A stretch of 64,000 nt of DNA from the NCBI GenBank assembly GCA_036351015.1, contig JAZBOG010000020.1, positions 1,305 to 65,304 of the forward strand. Direction: 5' to 3'. The notes under the pieces are model-generated. The model made no database searches and was not told the origin of the DNA. It saw only the letters and a program-made list of their open reading frames with translations. This DNA comes from Bacteroidales bacterium (GTDB lineage: Bacteria; Bacteroidota; Bacteroidia; Bacteroidales; UBA12077). How positions within the stretch are numbered: position 1 is the stretch's first letter; the number at the start of each line of letters is the position of its first letter. A program made the translations under genes and the position numbers. Positions 47,919 to 58,034 of the stretch are shown piece by piece.

Positions 47919-48920
47919 TTATGCTCCTAATGTAGCTACCATTACTGCTTTTATGGTATGCATCCGGTTTTCGGCTTCATCAAACACAATGGATGCAGGC
48001 GATTCAAAGACCTCTTCGGTAACTTCCATGGACTCAATGCCAAATTTCTGGTAAATTTCCTCCCCGATCTTTGTTTCACGGTTATGGAAAGCTGGTAAGC
48101 AGTGCATAAATTTACATTTGGGGTTTCCTGTTAACTCCATCATTTTCTGGTTCACCTGGTAAGGTTTCAACAACTCAATTCTCTCCTTCCAAACCTCTTC
48201 GGGTTCACCCATAGAAACCCAAACATCGGTGTATATAAAGTCACACCCCTTTACACCTTCTTCCACCTTGTCGGTAACCATTATTTCAGCACCTGTTTCT
48301 TTCGCAATTTCTTTCGCTTGCTTTACCAGTTCGTCTGAAGGCTGTACACTTTTTGGAGCTACCGAACGGAATTTCATTCCCATTTTGGCTGCACCAATCA
48401 TCAGGGAATTCCCCATATTATTGCGTGCATCACCCACATAGGCAAAAGTAACCTGGTGAAGCGGCTTATCCGAATGTTCCATCATGGTTAAAAAGTCAGC
48501 TAAAATCTGTGTCGGATGAAATTCATTGGTTAAACCATTCCAAACAGGAACACCAGCATATTTAGCCAGTTCCTCAACAACTTCCTGTCCAAAACCTCGA
48601 TATTCAATTCCATCGTACATGCGCCCCAGTACTCTTGCAGTATCGGCCATCGATTCTTTTTGTCCGATCTGGGAGCCGGAAGGTCCTAAATAGGTAACAT
48701 GGGCACCCTGATCCAAAGCAGCTACTTCAAAAGCACATCGTGTCCGGGTAGACGATTTTTCGAAAATAAGCGCGATATTCTTTCCTTTGAGCTTTGGTTG
48801 TTCTGTTCCGCTGTATTTTGCTTTTTTCAGTTCAGCAGAAAGATCCAATAAAAACTTAATCTCCTGTGGAGTATAATCCAGAAGCTTTAGAAAGCTCCTA
48901 TTTTTTAAATTAAATGCCAT
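47919..48920 (-). CDS. argF: Ornithine carbamoyltransferase
   Basis: 333 aa. [42 protein letters not shown]. Very close in pattern to enterobacterial ArgI/ArgF. Confidence 0.9.
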   Translation of the reverse strand: MAFNLKNRSFLKLLDYTPQEIKFLLDLSAELKKAKYSGTEQPKLKGKNIALIFEKSSTRTRCAFEVAALDQGAHVTYLGPSGSQIGQKESMADTARVLGRMYDGIEYRGFGQEVVEELAKYAGVPVWNGLTNEFHPTQILADFLTMMEHSDKPLHQVTFAYVGDARNNMGNSLMIGAAKMGMKFRSVAPKSVQPSDELVKQAKEIAKETGAEIMVTDKVEEGVKGCDFIYTDVWVSMGEPEEVWKERIELLKPYQVNQKMMELTGNPKCKFMHCLPAFHNRETKIGEEIYQKFGIESMEVTEEVFESPASIVFDEAENRMHTIKAVMVATLGA

Positions 48921-48964
48921 AACTAGTTTTGTTTAATGATTATTTATTATTTTATTTTTGTCGA

Positions 48965-49927
48965 TTAATCTTCATATTCAAGGGTAATCTTAGTACCAAA
49001 CGAACGATCTTCCAGTTTAGTGGCTTCAGTAATCACGCTCTTTTTTCCGCCTTTTTCAATAAACTGCAGGCAGGCACCAATTTTCGGAGCCATACTTCCT
49101 TTAGCAAACTGGCCTTCTTCCATGTATTTGTCAGCATCGGCTTTACTCAGGAATTCCAGTTTCTTCTCGTTTGGTTTTTTGTAGTTGATATAAACATAAG
49201 GCACATCCGTTAAAATATAAAACTCATCGGCCTTAATCCGTGCCGCTAATAACGAAGAAGCAAGATCTTTATCAATTACTGCCTCCGAAGGCCTGACATC
49301 TCCCTTCTCATCGAAATATACCGGAACGCCACCTCCTCCTGCTGCAATAACAATATTTCCCTGGCGGGCTAATGCTTCCACAACCTTTTCATTCATAATA
49401 CTGATCGGTTTTGGCGAAGGAACCACTCTTCTCCATCCCCCGTGAGCTTTAACCTCTTCTTTAAATTCCCATCCCTTATCGGCTGCTAACTGATCTGCCT
49501 CTTCTTTGGTATAGATCTTTCCTACCCGTTTTTGAGGATCTTTAAAGGCTGGATCATCTTTATCAACCTGTACACAGGTTACCAGGGTTACAATCTCTTT
49601 CTGGATATTATGTTTTTTAAGCACATTACGTAACATCCGTTCAATCATATATCCAATCCCACCCTGTGAATCGGCAACACAAACGTCCAATGGCATCTGG
49701 GGTATCTTATACATATGTTCACCCGCATCGTTACGCATTAAAATATTCCCTACCTGAGGACCATTCCCATGGCCGATCACAATATCGTAGCCTTCCTTAA
49801 TTAAATACACCAGATTTTCCAGGGTGTCAAAAGTATTTTGCTCCTGCTCATCGATTGTTCCTATTTGATTACCGCGCAAAAGAGCATTACCTCCCAATGC
49901 AACTACAGCTAATTTATTCATAATCAT
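48965..49927 (-). CDS. arcC: Carbamate kinase
   Basis: 320 aa. VVALGGNALL, GHGNGPQVG, AGGGGVPV motifs. The start may be the third codon (MNKL). Confidence 0.9.
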   Translation of the reverse strand: MIMNKLAVVALGGNALLRGNQIGTIDEQEQNTFDTLENLVYLIKEGYDIVIGHGNGPQVGNILMRNDAGEHMYKIPQMPLDVCVADSQGGIGYMIERMLRNVLKKHNIQKEIVTLVTCVQVDKDDPAFKDPQKRVGKIYTKEEADQLAADKGWEFKEEVKAHGGWRRVVPSPKPISIMNEKVVEALARQGNIVIAAGGGGVPVYFDEKGDVRPSEAVIDKDLASSLLAARIKADEFYILTDVPYVYINYKKPNEKKLEFLSKADADKYMEEGQFAKGSMAPKIGACLQFIEKGGKKSVITEATKLEDRSFGTKITLEYED

Positions 49928-50157
49928 AAATTTATATATTATTAATAGTTAAAGCTACAAATCTATAAAAAAAAATCGGATCTAAAATCTCTTCTATAAC
50001 ATAAACGATAAACTATCAGATGAATAAAAATAAACCGGGTGGATTAATCAAAAAATTAGAACCAATAATCAATTCTTTTTGTTTTTTGCTATTTGTTTAT
50101 TTATATTAGTTTTCTTAATTATACAAATTTTAATGCAATAACCCTTAATATCTATCC

Positions 50158-50847
50158 ATGAAATTCAAGTTTCCTGCTTTATTAATCATTCTTGGCATAC
50201 TAACCATTTCCTCGTGTGATAAATTACAACAAAAAGACCGAATAAAAGAGGGTTATATCGAATATACCATTGAGTATCTAAACGATACGCTAGACAGTTT
50301 TATGATTGGGCTTTTGCCCAAAAAAATGATCATCAAGTTTAAAGATAATAACACCTTAAATAAAATTGAAGGATTCTCGGGGATTGTCAGTTTCACTCAT
50401 ATTCAAAATTACAAAGAGAAAAAAAATACCACCCTGGTGAAGGTACTTAACAAAAAATACAGGTATGAAGAAAAAATGAATGAATCTTCACTTTTTTTTG
50501 AGGAATTGCCCGGCATGAAAATTAAATTACAGGATGAAGTTAAAGATATCTGTGGATTTAAAGCTCATAAAGCAAAAATCATATTACCCGATAGCCGGAT
50601 AGAGCCCTTTTACATTTATTATACCAACGATATCAGCATTAACAATGTTAATTCTCAAACTCCTTTCAAGTCCATTGATGGCGTTCTGCTGGAATTCCAG
50701 GTTAAATTTTACGATCTGGACATGAAATTAACCGCTACAAAAGTTCAGGAAGCAGAGATATCGTCGGAACACTTCAAAGTACCTGACGGTTACCAAAAGA
50801 TTAACCGAAAAACCATGGTCGAAATTATCGAGTTACTCAAGCAATAA
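50158..50847 (+). CDS. Hypothetical lipoprotein (229 aa)
   Basis: Signal peptide plus lipobox (LTISSCDK). No other motif. Confidence 0.5.
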   Translation: MKFKFPALLIILGILTISSCDKLQQKDRIKEGYIEYTIEYLNDTLDSFMIGLLPKKMIIKFKDNNTLNKIEGFSGIVSFTHIQNYKEKKNTTLVKVLNKKYRYEEKMNESSLFFEELPGMKIKLQDEVKDICGFKAHKAKIILPDSRIEPFYIYYTNDISINNVNSQTPFKSIDGVLLEFQVKFYDLDMKLTATKVQEAEISSEHFKVPDGYQKINRKTMVEIIELLKQ

Positions 50848-50965
50848 GTTCATCCATTCCGAGTTTTCAGAAGATAAAGAATTTGTGACTATATTTGCAT
50901 TAAATTAATTTACTTTGCAGGGATTAAAAAAAGCAAACATCAAACGCATAAAGGTTATCATCTAA

Positions 50966-53341
50966 ATGGCAAATAAAAACGGCAAAAAAAACAAAAAAAA
51001 CAGGTCGTTCAATGATGAACGGATGAAAATTATTTTAGGAATTTTCACCTTATTTTTAGCTGCATTTTTAACCCTTGCCTTCATCTCCTATTTTTTTACC
51101 TGGAAAGTGGATCAGAGTTTTCAATATTCAAAAGTAATTTCGGGGATTGAAATTAATGTAGAGAACTGGTCGGGTAAAGCAGGAGCTCATTTTGCTAACC
51201 TTTTTATCAATAAATGGTTTGGTATTGCTTCGTTTACTTTTCCGTTTTTGCTGATCGTAATAGGATTACGTTTTTTCAATTTAAAATTATTTTCCCTCCG
51301 CAAAACACTCCGGATAACCATTTTCGGAACAATTATTCTATCCGTGCTTTTAGGTTATTTATTTGGAGATTTAAACGGATACCTGGGAAGTGGATTAGGC
51401 GGAGGACATGGATATTTTATAGCCCTTTGGCTGAATTCAGTTTTAGGAAAAGTGGGAACTGCATTTCTGCTTACACTCTGCATTATAGCTTTTATTATTT
51501 TCTCTTCAAGAAAATCTATTCTTTGGAGTCAAAAATTATTTGCCGAATTATTCAATAAACAAGGCAAAACTGAGGAAAAATATCCCGCTGAAGAAGAAAC
51601 AGAAGAACAAACAGAGAAAAAAACTGAAGCGGAACCAGAAATTACAGAAGAAGAGATTGACGAACAACTAATATTTACTCATCGTAAAAAGGATCAAGAA
51701 GAAGCTGTGCAGGCCAGAAGCACACAGGATACAGAAACAGGGCAAACAGGGAATATAGAAATAAGCATAGAAGAAAAACATGCAGAAGACATCATCAATG
51801 GTACAGTAAAAAACTACCAACCGGAGAATTACGATCCTACCCTCGAGCTTTCTTCTTACAAACTACCGCCTATAAGTTTGCTTGAAAAACACGGGGATGA
51901 ATCGAACGGAGAAATTGATAAAGAAGAAATTATCGCCAATAAAAACCGTATTGTTGAAACCCTGGCCAATTATAAAATTCAGATTGACAAAATTAAAGCC
52001 ACGGTTGGGCCAACAGTTACCTTATATGAAATTATTCCAGCCCCGGGGGTACGGATCTCAAAAATCAAGAATCTTGAGGATGACATAGCACTTAGCCTGG
52101 CGGCTTTGGGAATACGTATTATAGCCCCTATTCCGGGCCGGGGTACCATAGGGATTGAAGTCCCCAATCAAAATCCCGAAATCGTTTCCATGCGGTCGAT
52201 CATCTCATCCAAGGCTTTTAGCGAGACAAAATATGAGCTGGCCATTGGCTTAGGGAAAACCATTTCGAACGATACTTACGTGGTGGATCTGACAAAAATG
52301 CCACACCTGCTGGTTGCCGGAGCAACCGGACAGGGTAAATCGGTGGGGCTGAATGCGATCATTGCATCTCTCCTTTATAAAAAACATCCGGCACAGCTAA
52401 AATTTGTCATGATCGACCCGAAGAAAGTTGAGCTTACCCTTTACACTAAGATTGAAAACCATTTCCTGGCCAAGCTGCCCGATTCCGAAGAACCCATTAT
52501 TACCGAAACCCAAAAAGTGGTAAATACGCTGAACTCCTTATGCATCGAGATGGATCACCGGTACGACTTATTAAAAGCAGCCCATGTACGAAATATCAAG
52601 GAGTACAATACCAAGTTCATTGCCCGGAAACTAAACCCTGAAAAAGGGCATAAATACCTGCCTTATATTGTCGTGGTCGTTGATGAATTTGCAGATCTCA
52701 TCATGACTGCCGGGAAAGAAATTGAAGGTCCTATTGCACGGCTGGCACAGCTCGCAAGAGCTATCGGGATTCACCTGATTATAGCAACCCAGCGTCCCTC
52801 CACTAATATCATTACCGGGGTAATTAAAGCAAACTTCCCTGCACGGATGGCCTTCAGGGTTTCTTCGATGGTTGATTCAAGAACCATTCTTGATACCCCG
52901 GGCGCAAACCAGCTGATCGGACGAGGGGATATGCTGATCACATCCGGGAGTGATTTAATTCGTTTGCAATGTGCTTTTATCGACACTCCTGAACTGGATA
53001 AAATTACCGATTATATCCAGTCCCAGCAAAGCTTCCCTACAGCCTTTATCCTGCCCGAATATACACCCGAAGGTTCCGAAGAGATTGGCGAAGTGGATTT
53101 AACAAAACGGGATGCGCTCTTTGAGGATGCTGCAAAACTTGTAACCAGACACCAGCAGGGATCAACTTCGTTAATCCAACGTAAATTTTCCATTGGGTAT
53201 AACCGAGCAGGCCGTATTATTGATCAGCTGGAAGCTGCAAATATTGTAGGGCCATTCGAAGGCAGTAAAGCCCGCCAGGTTTTATTCCAGGATGAATACG
53301 CTCTGGAACAATATTTGAACGATTTCCTTGAAAACAATTAA
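50966..53341 (+). CDS. ftsK: DNA translocase FtsK/SpoIIIE
   Basis: 791 aa. N-terminal TM helices, an acidic linker, Walker A VAGATGQGKS, Walker B VVVVDEFADL, and a C-terminal gamma winged-helix domain (SLIQRKFSIGYNRAGRIIDQLE). Confidence 0.9.
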   Translation: MANKNGKKNKKNRSFNDERMKIILGIFTLFLAAFLTLAFISYFFTWKVDQSFQYSKVISGIEINVENWSGKAGAHFANLFINKWFGIASFTFPFLLIVIGLRFFNLKLFSLRKTLRITIFGTIILSVLLGYLFGDLNGYLGSGLGGGHGYFIALWLNSVLGKVGTAFLLTLCIIAFIIFSSRKSILWSQKLFAELFNKQGKTEEKYPAEEETEEQTEKKTEAEPEITEEEIDEQLIFTHRKKDQEEAVQARSTQDTETGQTGNIEISIEEKHAEDIINGTVKNYQPENYDPTLELSSYKLPPISLLEKHGDESNGEIDKEEIIANKNRIVETLANYKIQIDKIKATVGPTVTLYEIIPAPGVRISKIKNLEDDIALSLAALGIRIIAPIPGRGTIGIEVPNQNPEIVSMRSIISSKAFSETKYELAIGLGKTISNDTYVVDLTKMPHLLVAGATGQGKSVGLNAIIASLLYKKHPAQLKFVMIDPKKVELTLYTKIENHFLAKLPDSEEPIITETQKVVNTLNSLCIEMDHRYDLLKAAHVRNIKEYNTKFIARKLNPEKGHKYLPYIVVVVDEFADLIMTAGKEIEGPIARLAQLARAIGIHLIIATQRPSTNIITGVIKANFPARMAFRVSSMVDSRTILDTPGANQLIGRGDMLITSGSDLIRLQCAFIDTPELDKITDYIQSQQSFPTAFILPEYTPEGSEEIGEVDLTKRDALFEDAAKLVTRHQQGSTSLIQRKFSIGYNRAGRIIDQLEAANIVGPFEGSKARQVLFQDEYALEQYLNDFLENN

Positions 53342-53354
53342 TTCAATGTAAACC

Positions 53355-54002
53355 ATGAAAAAATTTTTTATCTTTTCTACCCTTTTTATATCAACTTTTG
53401 CCCTTGCACAGCAGGATCCTGAGGCTAAAGTCATCTTGGATAAACTATCTGAAAAAACCAAATCCTATCAAAATATACAATCCGATTTTACGATTGAATA
53501 CAAAAATATCAAAGACAACAGTTATAACACATCCAAAGGGAGTATCACGGTTAAGGGAGATAAATACCGGTTGAATTTTATGGGTTCAGAATCGCTCTAT
53601 AATGGAAAAACATTGTGGAGTTATGTGGCAGAAGTAAATGAGGTAAATATTTCCGAACCCGAACAAAACGACAAGGATATTTTTAGTAACCCCCAGGAAA
53701 TCTTCACTATCTACACAAAGGATTTTAAATATCAGTTGATGGATCAGTTTTCCGAGTCGGGTATTTCCAAAGCAATCATCGATCTGTATCCCAACGATAT
53801 CGAGGAGGATTATTCAAGAATAAGATTGGAAATAAACACAGACAAGTATCAACTAAAATCAGTTACCATCTTTGGAAAAGATGGGTCACATTATCTGATC
53901 AACTTTAATCATTATCAAACAAACCTTGACATCGACAGCACCTATTTTACCTTTAATCCCTCCGACTATCCCGGGGTGGAAGTTATCGACATGCGCTGGT
54001 AA
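53355..54002 (+). CDS. lolA: LolA-like outer-membrane lipoprotein carrier protein
   Basis: 215 aa with a signal peptide. The pattern F.I.Y......(G.I.VKGDKYRL) is typical of Bacteroidota LolA. Conserved ftsK-lolA adjacency. Confidence 0.7.
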   Translation: MKKFFIFSTLFISTFALAQQDPEAKVILDKLSEKTKSYQNIQSDFTIEYKNIKDNSYNTSKGSITVKGDKYRLNFMGSESLYNGKTLWSYVAEVNEVNISEPEQNDKDIFSNPQEIFTIYTKDFKYQLMDQFSESGISKAIIDLYPNDIEEDYSRIRLEINTDKYQLKSVTIFGKDGSHYLINFNHYQTNLDIDSTYFTFNPSDYPGVEVIDMRW

Positions 54003-54010
54003 AAATAAAA

Positions 54011-54030
54011 AGCCCGGATCCGGGCTTTTT
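54011..54030. terminator. Bidirectional terminator
   Basis: Perfect palindrome AGCCCGGATCCGGGCT flanked by an A-run and a T-run, between convergent genes. Confidence 0.7.
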
Positions 54031-54041
54031 AGAGGCTATAA

Positions 54042-56165
54042 TTAACGTTTGTCTTTATCTGGATATTCAATCCTTGCATGATAGATATTCACTAATTTCT
54101 GCTTAAAAATACTTTTAATGGTTGCTATATCTTTAAACGTGATATTGGAGTTATCAAATTGTCCTTCTTTCATCTGACTTTCAATTATAGATTCAACCAG
54201 TTGGTTGATTTTTTCTTCATTAATATCGGATAAGCTTCTTGAAGCAGCCTCCACAGAATCAGCCATCATTAAGGTTGCTGTTTCTTTGGAAAAAGGTTTT
54301 GGCCCGGGATAGGTAAATTTATTAATATCCACCTCCTGGTCAGGAAATTTACGGATATAAGAACGATAAAAATATTGAACCTTTGTTGTACCATGGTGCG
54401 TGCGAATAAAATCAATCAAGGGTTCGGGTAAAGAATATTTTTTGGCCAGCTCAACCCCATCTTTTACATGGCTGATGATAATATTGGCACTTTCATCAAA
54501 TTCATGCATATCGTGCGGATTGAATCCAGCCCGTTGATTTTCAATAAAATAAGCAGGGTTAACCATTTTTCCTATATCATGATATAAAGCTCCTGTGCGA
54601 ACCAGCAAGGGGTTTCCGCCGATTTTAAAAATCGCTTCTTCGGCAAGGTTTGCTACCTGCATTGAATGCTGAAAAGTACCGGGGGCTTTTTCGGCAAGTA
54701 ATCGCAATAACTTCGAATTGGTATCAGAAAGCTCCATGAGTGTCAGGTCCGATAAAAACCCAAATCCCTTCTCAAAAATATAAATCAGCGGATAAGCCAA
54801 TAAAACAAATCCCCCGTTTAAGGCAAAATAGATAAAATTGTGCAGTTCAATATTGGAAAAATTACCTTCCTGGGTAATGGCCAGGCCAAAGTATACAAAA
54901 CTATAGGTTAAAAACACAAGCGCTGCAGACAAAAACAACTTCCCCCGGCGATAAATATTCGTCAGGCTGAAAATTGCCACAATCCCGGCAATGAAATTTA
55001 AAAAAATAAATTCAAATCCATTGGGAGCAAAAAAACCAACAATCAGTACCGTGATCATATGAATAAACAGGGCAAGTCTTGCATCGTAAAAGGTTTTAAT
55101 AATTATCGGGACCAGGGCAAAAGGAATGATGTACAGCACCTGGGTAGTAAACCTTGAAACAAGAACGATGATCAATACCAACATTAAAATAAAGGTGGTT
55201 TTAGTAGTATGCTCAAGGATCTCTTTCCTAAAATTCCATAAGAAAAGGAATAAAACGGCGATACATGCAAAAACAAAGATAATTTGTCCAATAAGGATGA
55301 TCTGAAAAAAGTAGCCGGAACCTAATCGGTTCTCGGATTCGTATTTCAACGATTCAAGGATTCGAAACAGGTGGCTGTCAATTATTTCTCCCTGCGAAAT
55401 AATTTTTTCTCCGGCCTGAACCATCCCCCTGGTTTTTGATATATTCGCCAGCATCTCTGCTTTTACATTCTCCGAGGTTTTTTGATCGTAAAAAATATTG
55501 GGTTCAATAAATTCATAAAGATTAATCGCTTTATAAAAATCAGGATAGCTAACCTTTTGCTGATGATTAACCAAATATTCATCCACATGATTAATAACAC
55601 TTTCATAGGCTTTTTTCTCTGTTAATACTTTATCATATTCGTAGGTATCTGCCAGCTTATTTTTTAAAATAATAATCTCATCATTTTCATTTAACCCTTC
55701 AGTAATCTCACTTGATTCAACAATCCCGGTCCAGTATATCTGATTCAACACCTCCACGGCAAAGCTTTTAAAATTATTGGCATTTTGGATGAAACGCTGC
55801 TTTTGATAGTTAGACTGTTTTCCAAGGGCATCAGACTTTAAAAAATCATTCCGTTTGGCGTCAAAAGAAACAGAAAACGCTTCACGTTGAACCTGTAAAA
55901 CACTACTATCATAAACAAAGTAGGGATTGTAATTCCTCAATATACTATCCCGCTCATCCTGCAGCTGCCTGTCACTCTTGTATATAGGAAAGTCAAAGGG
56001 AGCAATCAGGGTGGTATGCATCCAGGGACGTCCTTTTTGAAACTCATACCTGAATTTTCCTTCCCGGGGAAAAATATATACGATGATAGCTATGGTGAGT
56101 AGAAATAAGATTACACGAAAAATTATCTTATAATGCTCTTTTAAAAAAGTAAATAATTGTTTCAT
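54042..56165 (-). CDS. 7TM-HD (HDIG) membrane phosphohydrolase, PgpH/YqfF-like
   Basis: 707 aa. Extracytoplasmic N-domain, 7 TM segments, and a C-terminal HD domain (HSMQVANLAEEA, LYHDIGK, HHG). Confidence 0.85.
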   Translation of the reverse strand: MKQLFTFLKEHYKIIFRVILFLLTIAIIVYIFPREGKFRYEFQKGRPWMHTTLIAPFDFPIYKSDRQLQDERDSILRNYNPYFVYDSSVLQVQREAFSVSFDAKRNDFLKSDALGKQSNYQKQRFIQNANNFKSFAVEVLNQIYWTGIVESSEITEGLNENDEIIILKNKLADTYEYDKVLTEKKAYESVINHVDEYLVNHQQKVSYPDFYKAINLYEFIEPNIFYDQKTSENVKAEMLANISKTRGMVQAGEKIISQGEIIDSHLFRILESLKYESENRLGSGYFFQIILIGQIIFVFACIAVLFLFLWNFRKEILEHTTKTTFILMLVLIIVLVSRFTTQVLYIIPFALVPIIIKTFYDARLALFIHMITVLIVGFFAPNGFEFIFLNFIAGIVAIFSLTNIYRRGKLFLSAALVFLTYSFVYFGLAITQEGNFSNIELHNFIYFALNGGFVLLAYPLIYIFEKGFGFLSDLTLMELSDTNSKLLRLLAEKAPGTFQHSMQVANLAEEAIFKIGGNPLLVRTGALYHDIGKMVNPAYFIENQRAGFNPHDMHEFDESANIIISHVKDGVELAKKYSLPEPLIDFIRTHHGTTKVQYFYRSYIRKFPDQEVDINKFTYPGPKPFSKETATLMMADSVEAASRSLSDINEEKINQLVESIIESQMKEGQFDNSNITFKDIATIKSIFKQKLVNIYHARIEYPDKDKR

Positions 56166-56367
56166 TTCATGTTCATTAATTATAAAAACAGATCATACAA
56201 ATGTAAAAATTTAACCTGAATAATTGTCAAATTATTTATTTGACTAAACTGTTAGAACCGTGACAAACAAAAATTGTTTGTTTTAAACAATCTATTTACC
56301 TGCTTTATTCTGGGATAGATTATCAGATTTATCAACTTATTTGTATTTTTATAAAAAAATAGAACGC

Positions 56368-57141
56368 ATGAGTCCATTCGGAATAAGTGAAATAAGTGTA
56401 ATTCCGGTTCGAAAAGAACCAAACGAAAAGAGTGAACAGGGAACCCAGATATTATTTGGAGAAACCTTTGAAATTATTGAGGAGCATAGAAAATGGGTTA
56501 AGGTTAAATTAACATTGGATCAGTACGAAGGCTGGGTAGATCAAAAAATGATTACTCCGCTTTCAGCAGATTCGTTTGATGAGATCAATCTTAGTTCCTC
56601 CTTTATAACAAAACAATATCCCGAAAAAATCATTGATCTTCGTTCGAAAGAAATTATACTATTACCTCCAGGTTGTACCCTGCCCAATTTCAATCCAACG
56701 GATTATAAATTCTATATACAACATCATCATTATCAAAAACAAAATAATACCCGGCAACAAAATCTCAATATTATTGATTTAGCCAAAATATTTTTAAATG
56801 CACCTTATTTATGGGGTGGTAAAAATCCATTGGGGATTGATTGTTCAGGATTTGTACAGGTTATTTTTAAAATTTTAGGGGTTAAAGTCGCCAGGGATAC
56901 AAACATGCAGGTAACCCAGGGACAAACCATTAATTTTATTGGTGAAATAACTGCCGGAGATTTGGCCTTTTTTGATGACGAAGAAGGAAATATTATTCAT
57001 GTGGGGATTATCTTAAACCAGGAAGAAATTATTCATGCTTCCGGGAAAGTTCGTATCGACAAGTTCGATCACCAGGGAATCTTTAACCGGGAGGAGAAAA
57101 AATATACTTATAAACTTCGGGTGATTAAACGTATAATTTAA
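56368..57141 (+). CDS. NlpC/P60 (C40) peptidase with N-terminal SH3-like domains
   Basis: Catalytic GIDCSGFVQ and IIHVGI motifs. I prefer the ATG at 56368 (MSPFGISE) over the TTG at 56341 used in the track. Confidence 0.8.
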   Translation: MSPFGISEISVIPVRKEPNEKSEQGTQILFGETFEIIEEHRKWVKVKLTLDQYEGWVDQKMITPLSADSFDEINLSSSFITKQYPEKIIDLRSKEIILLPPGCTLPNFNPTDYKFYIQHHHYQKQNNTRQQNLNIIDLAKIFLNAPYLWGGKNPLGIDCSGFVQVIFKILGVKVARDTNMQVTQGQTINFIGEITAGDLAFFDDEEGNIIHVGIILNQEEIIHASGKVRIDKFDHQGIFNREEKKYTYKLRVIKRII

Positions 57142-57146
57142 CAATT

Positions 57147-57248
57147 ATGGGCAAACTATATATTCTGGTTTTTATTATTTCTGTTATTGTGGTTATTTAT
57201 ATTATGGATAAAAGACGTAAAGAAAATAAAAACAACAAAGAAGACTAA
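57147..57248 (+). CDS. Possible 33-aa single-TM peptide
   Basis: MGKLYILVFIISVIVVIYIMDKRRKENKNNKED. ATG-initiated, hydrophobic helix plus a basic tail, fills the gap between two genes. No further support. Confidence 0.2.
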   Translation: MGKLYILVFIISVIVVIYIMDKRRKENKNNKED

Positions 57249-57252
57249 TCCA

Positions 57253-57687
57253 ATGATCTACACTTATGCTTATCCCAGACCTGCGGTAACAGTTGATATC
57301 ATTGTTTTCAAAAAGACAGGGAGAATGGATCAGGTTCTTCTGATCGAACGTAAAAATCCCCCCTTTAAGGATTGCTGGGCACTGCCGGGTGGTTTTGTGG
57401 ATAAGGATGAAGATCTTGAAAAAGCAGCCTGCCGGGAACTGAAAGAAGAAACGTCAATCGAAGACATCGCCCTTTCCCAGTTACATACCTTTGGCAAACC
57501 CGGACGAGATCCACGGGGACATACCATCTCTGTTGTATATACAGGGATTCTTAATCCTGGGGATCAGAAAATTCAGGCCGGAGATGATGCTAAAAATTTA
57601 CAATGGTTTTCAATTAATCAATTACCTGAACTGGCTTTTGATCATCGTGAGATTATTGAGTATGCAGTGGCGAACATCATACAATAA
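57253..57687 (+). CDS. NUDIX hydrolase
   Basis: Nudix box GGFVDKDEDLEKAACRELKEETSI. ATG at 57253 (MIYTYAYPRPAV) preferred over the upstream TTG. Confidence 0.8.
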   Translation: MIYTYAYPRPAVTVDIIVFKKTGRMDQVLLIERKNPPFKDCWALPGGFVDKDEDLEKAACRELKEETSIEDIALSQLHTFGKPGRDPRGHTISVVYTGILNPGDQKIQAGDDAKNLQWFSINQLPELAFDHREIIEYAVANIIQ

Positions 57688-57703
57688 AAAGGAGGCTAAT
57701 TAG

Positions 57704-57936
57704 AAAAGAGACTGTCCAAAAAGGATTGAAAAGGTCACCCCGAACGCCGTGCCTGCCAGCCAAGGCTGTCTGCCTGCCGGCTAGACAGGGTAAACCGGCA
57801 GACAGGAAGTGATGGAACCGCAGCACGAAGTGCAAGCTCAAAGAAGTTAGTCTGTTTAAATTGATAATCATTATATTACCTCGTTGCTCCTCTCCGGTAT
57901 GACGACGTTTTTTTTATTTTTTGGACACCCTTCTTT
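57704..57936. other. GC-rich structured intergenic element bounded by 19-nt imperfect inverted repeats (candidate sRNA or MITE-like repeat)
   Basis: AAAAGAGACTGTCCAAAAA (57704-57722) pairs with TTTTTGGACACCCTTCTTT (57918-57936), 15/19 complementary. The core at 57735-57835 is far more GC-rich than its surroundings, with nested helices (CGTGCCTGC/GCAGCACG, CAGCC-AA-GGCTG, CTGTCTGCC..CGG/CCGGCAGACAG). A plus-strand T-run lies at 57908-57922. Confidence 0.4.
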
Positions 57937-57987
57937 AATTATGATTTTATGAAAGCTATTTAGGACAGAAAAATGTAAATACTACAA

Positions 57988-58010
57988 GAGCTCTGAAAAA
58001 ATCAGAGCTC
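57988..58010 (-). terminator. Terminator hairpin after cysN
   Basis: GAGCTCTGA-aaaaa-TCAGAGCTC (9-bp stem), 25 nt past the cysN stop, with T-rich sequence following on the minus strand. Confidence 0.55.
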
Positions 58011-58034
58011 CTGTTGGTATATTTAATCTATTTT

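Noticed and set aside
57735-57835. Possible SRP (4.5S) RNA: the minus strand contains GUUUACC followed 19 nt later by ACAGCC, and the plus strand contains GCCAGCCAAGGC, reminiscent of E. coli 4.5S (GUUUACC...GCAGCCAAGGCAG)
   Set aside because: The universally conserved domain IV features are absent: the GGAA tetraloop and the GGAAGCAGC / AGCA symmetric-loop motif. The similarity is short and explained by GC-rich composition. I also found no match to the conserved boxes of tmRNA, RNase P or 6S RNA.
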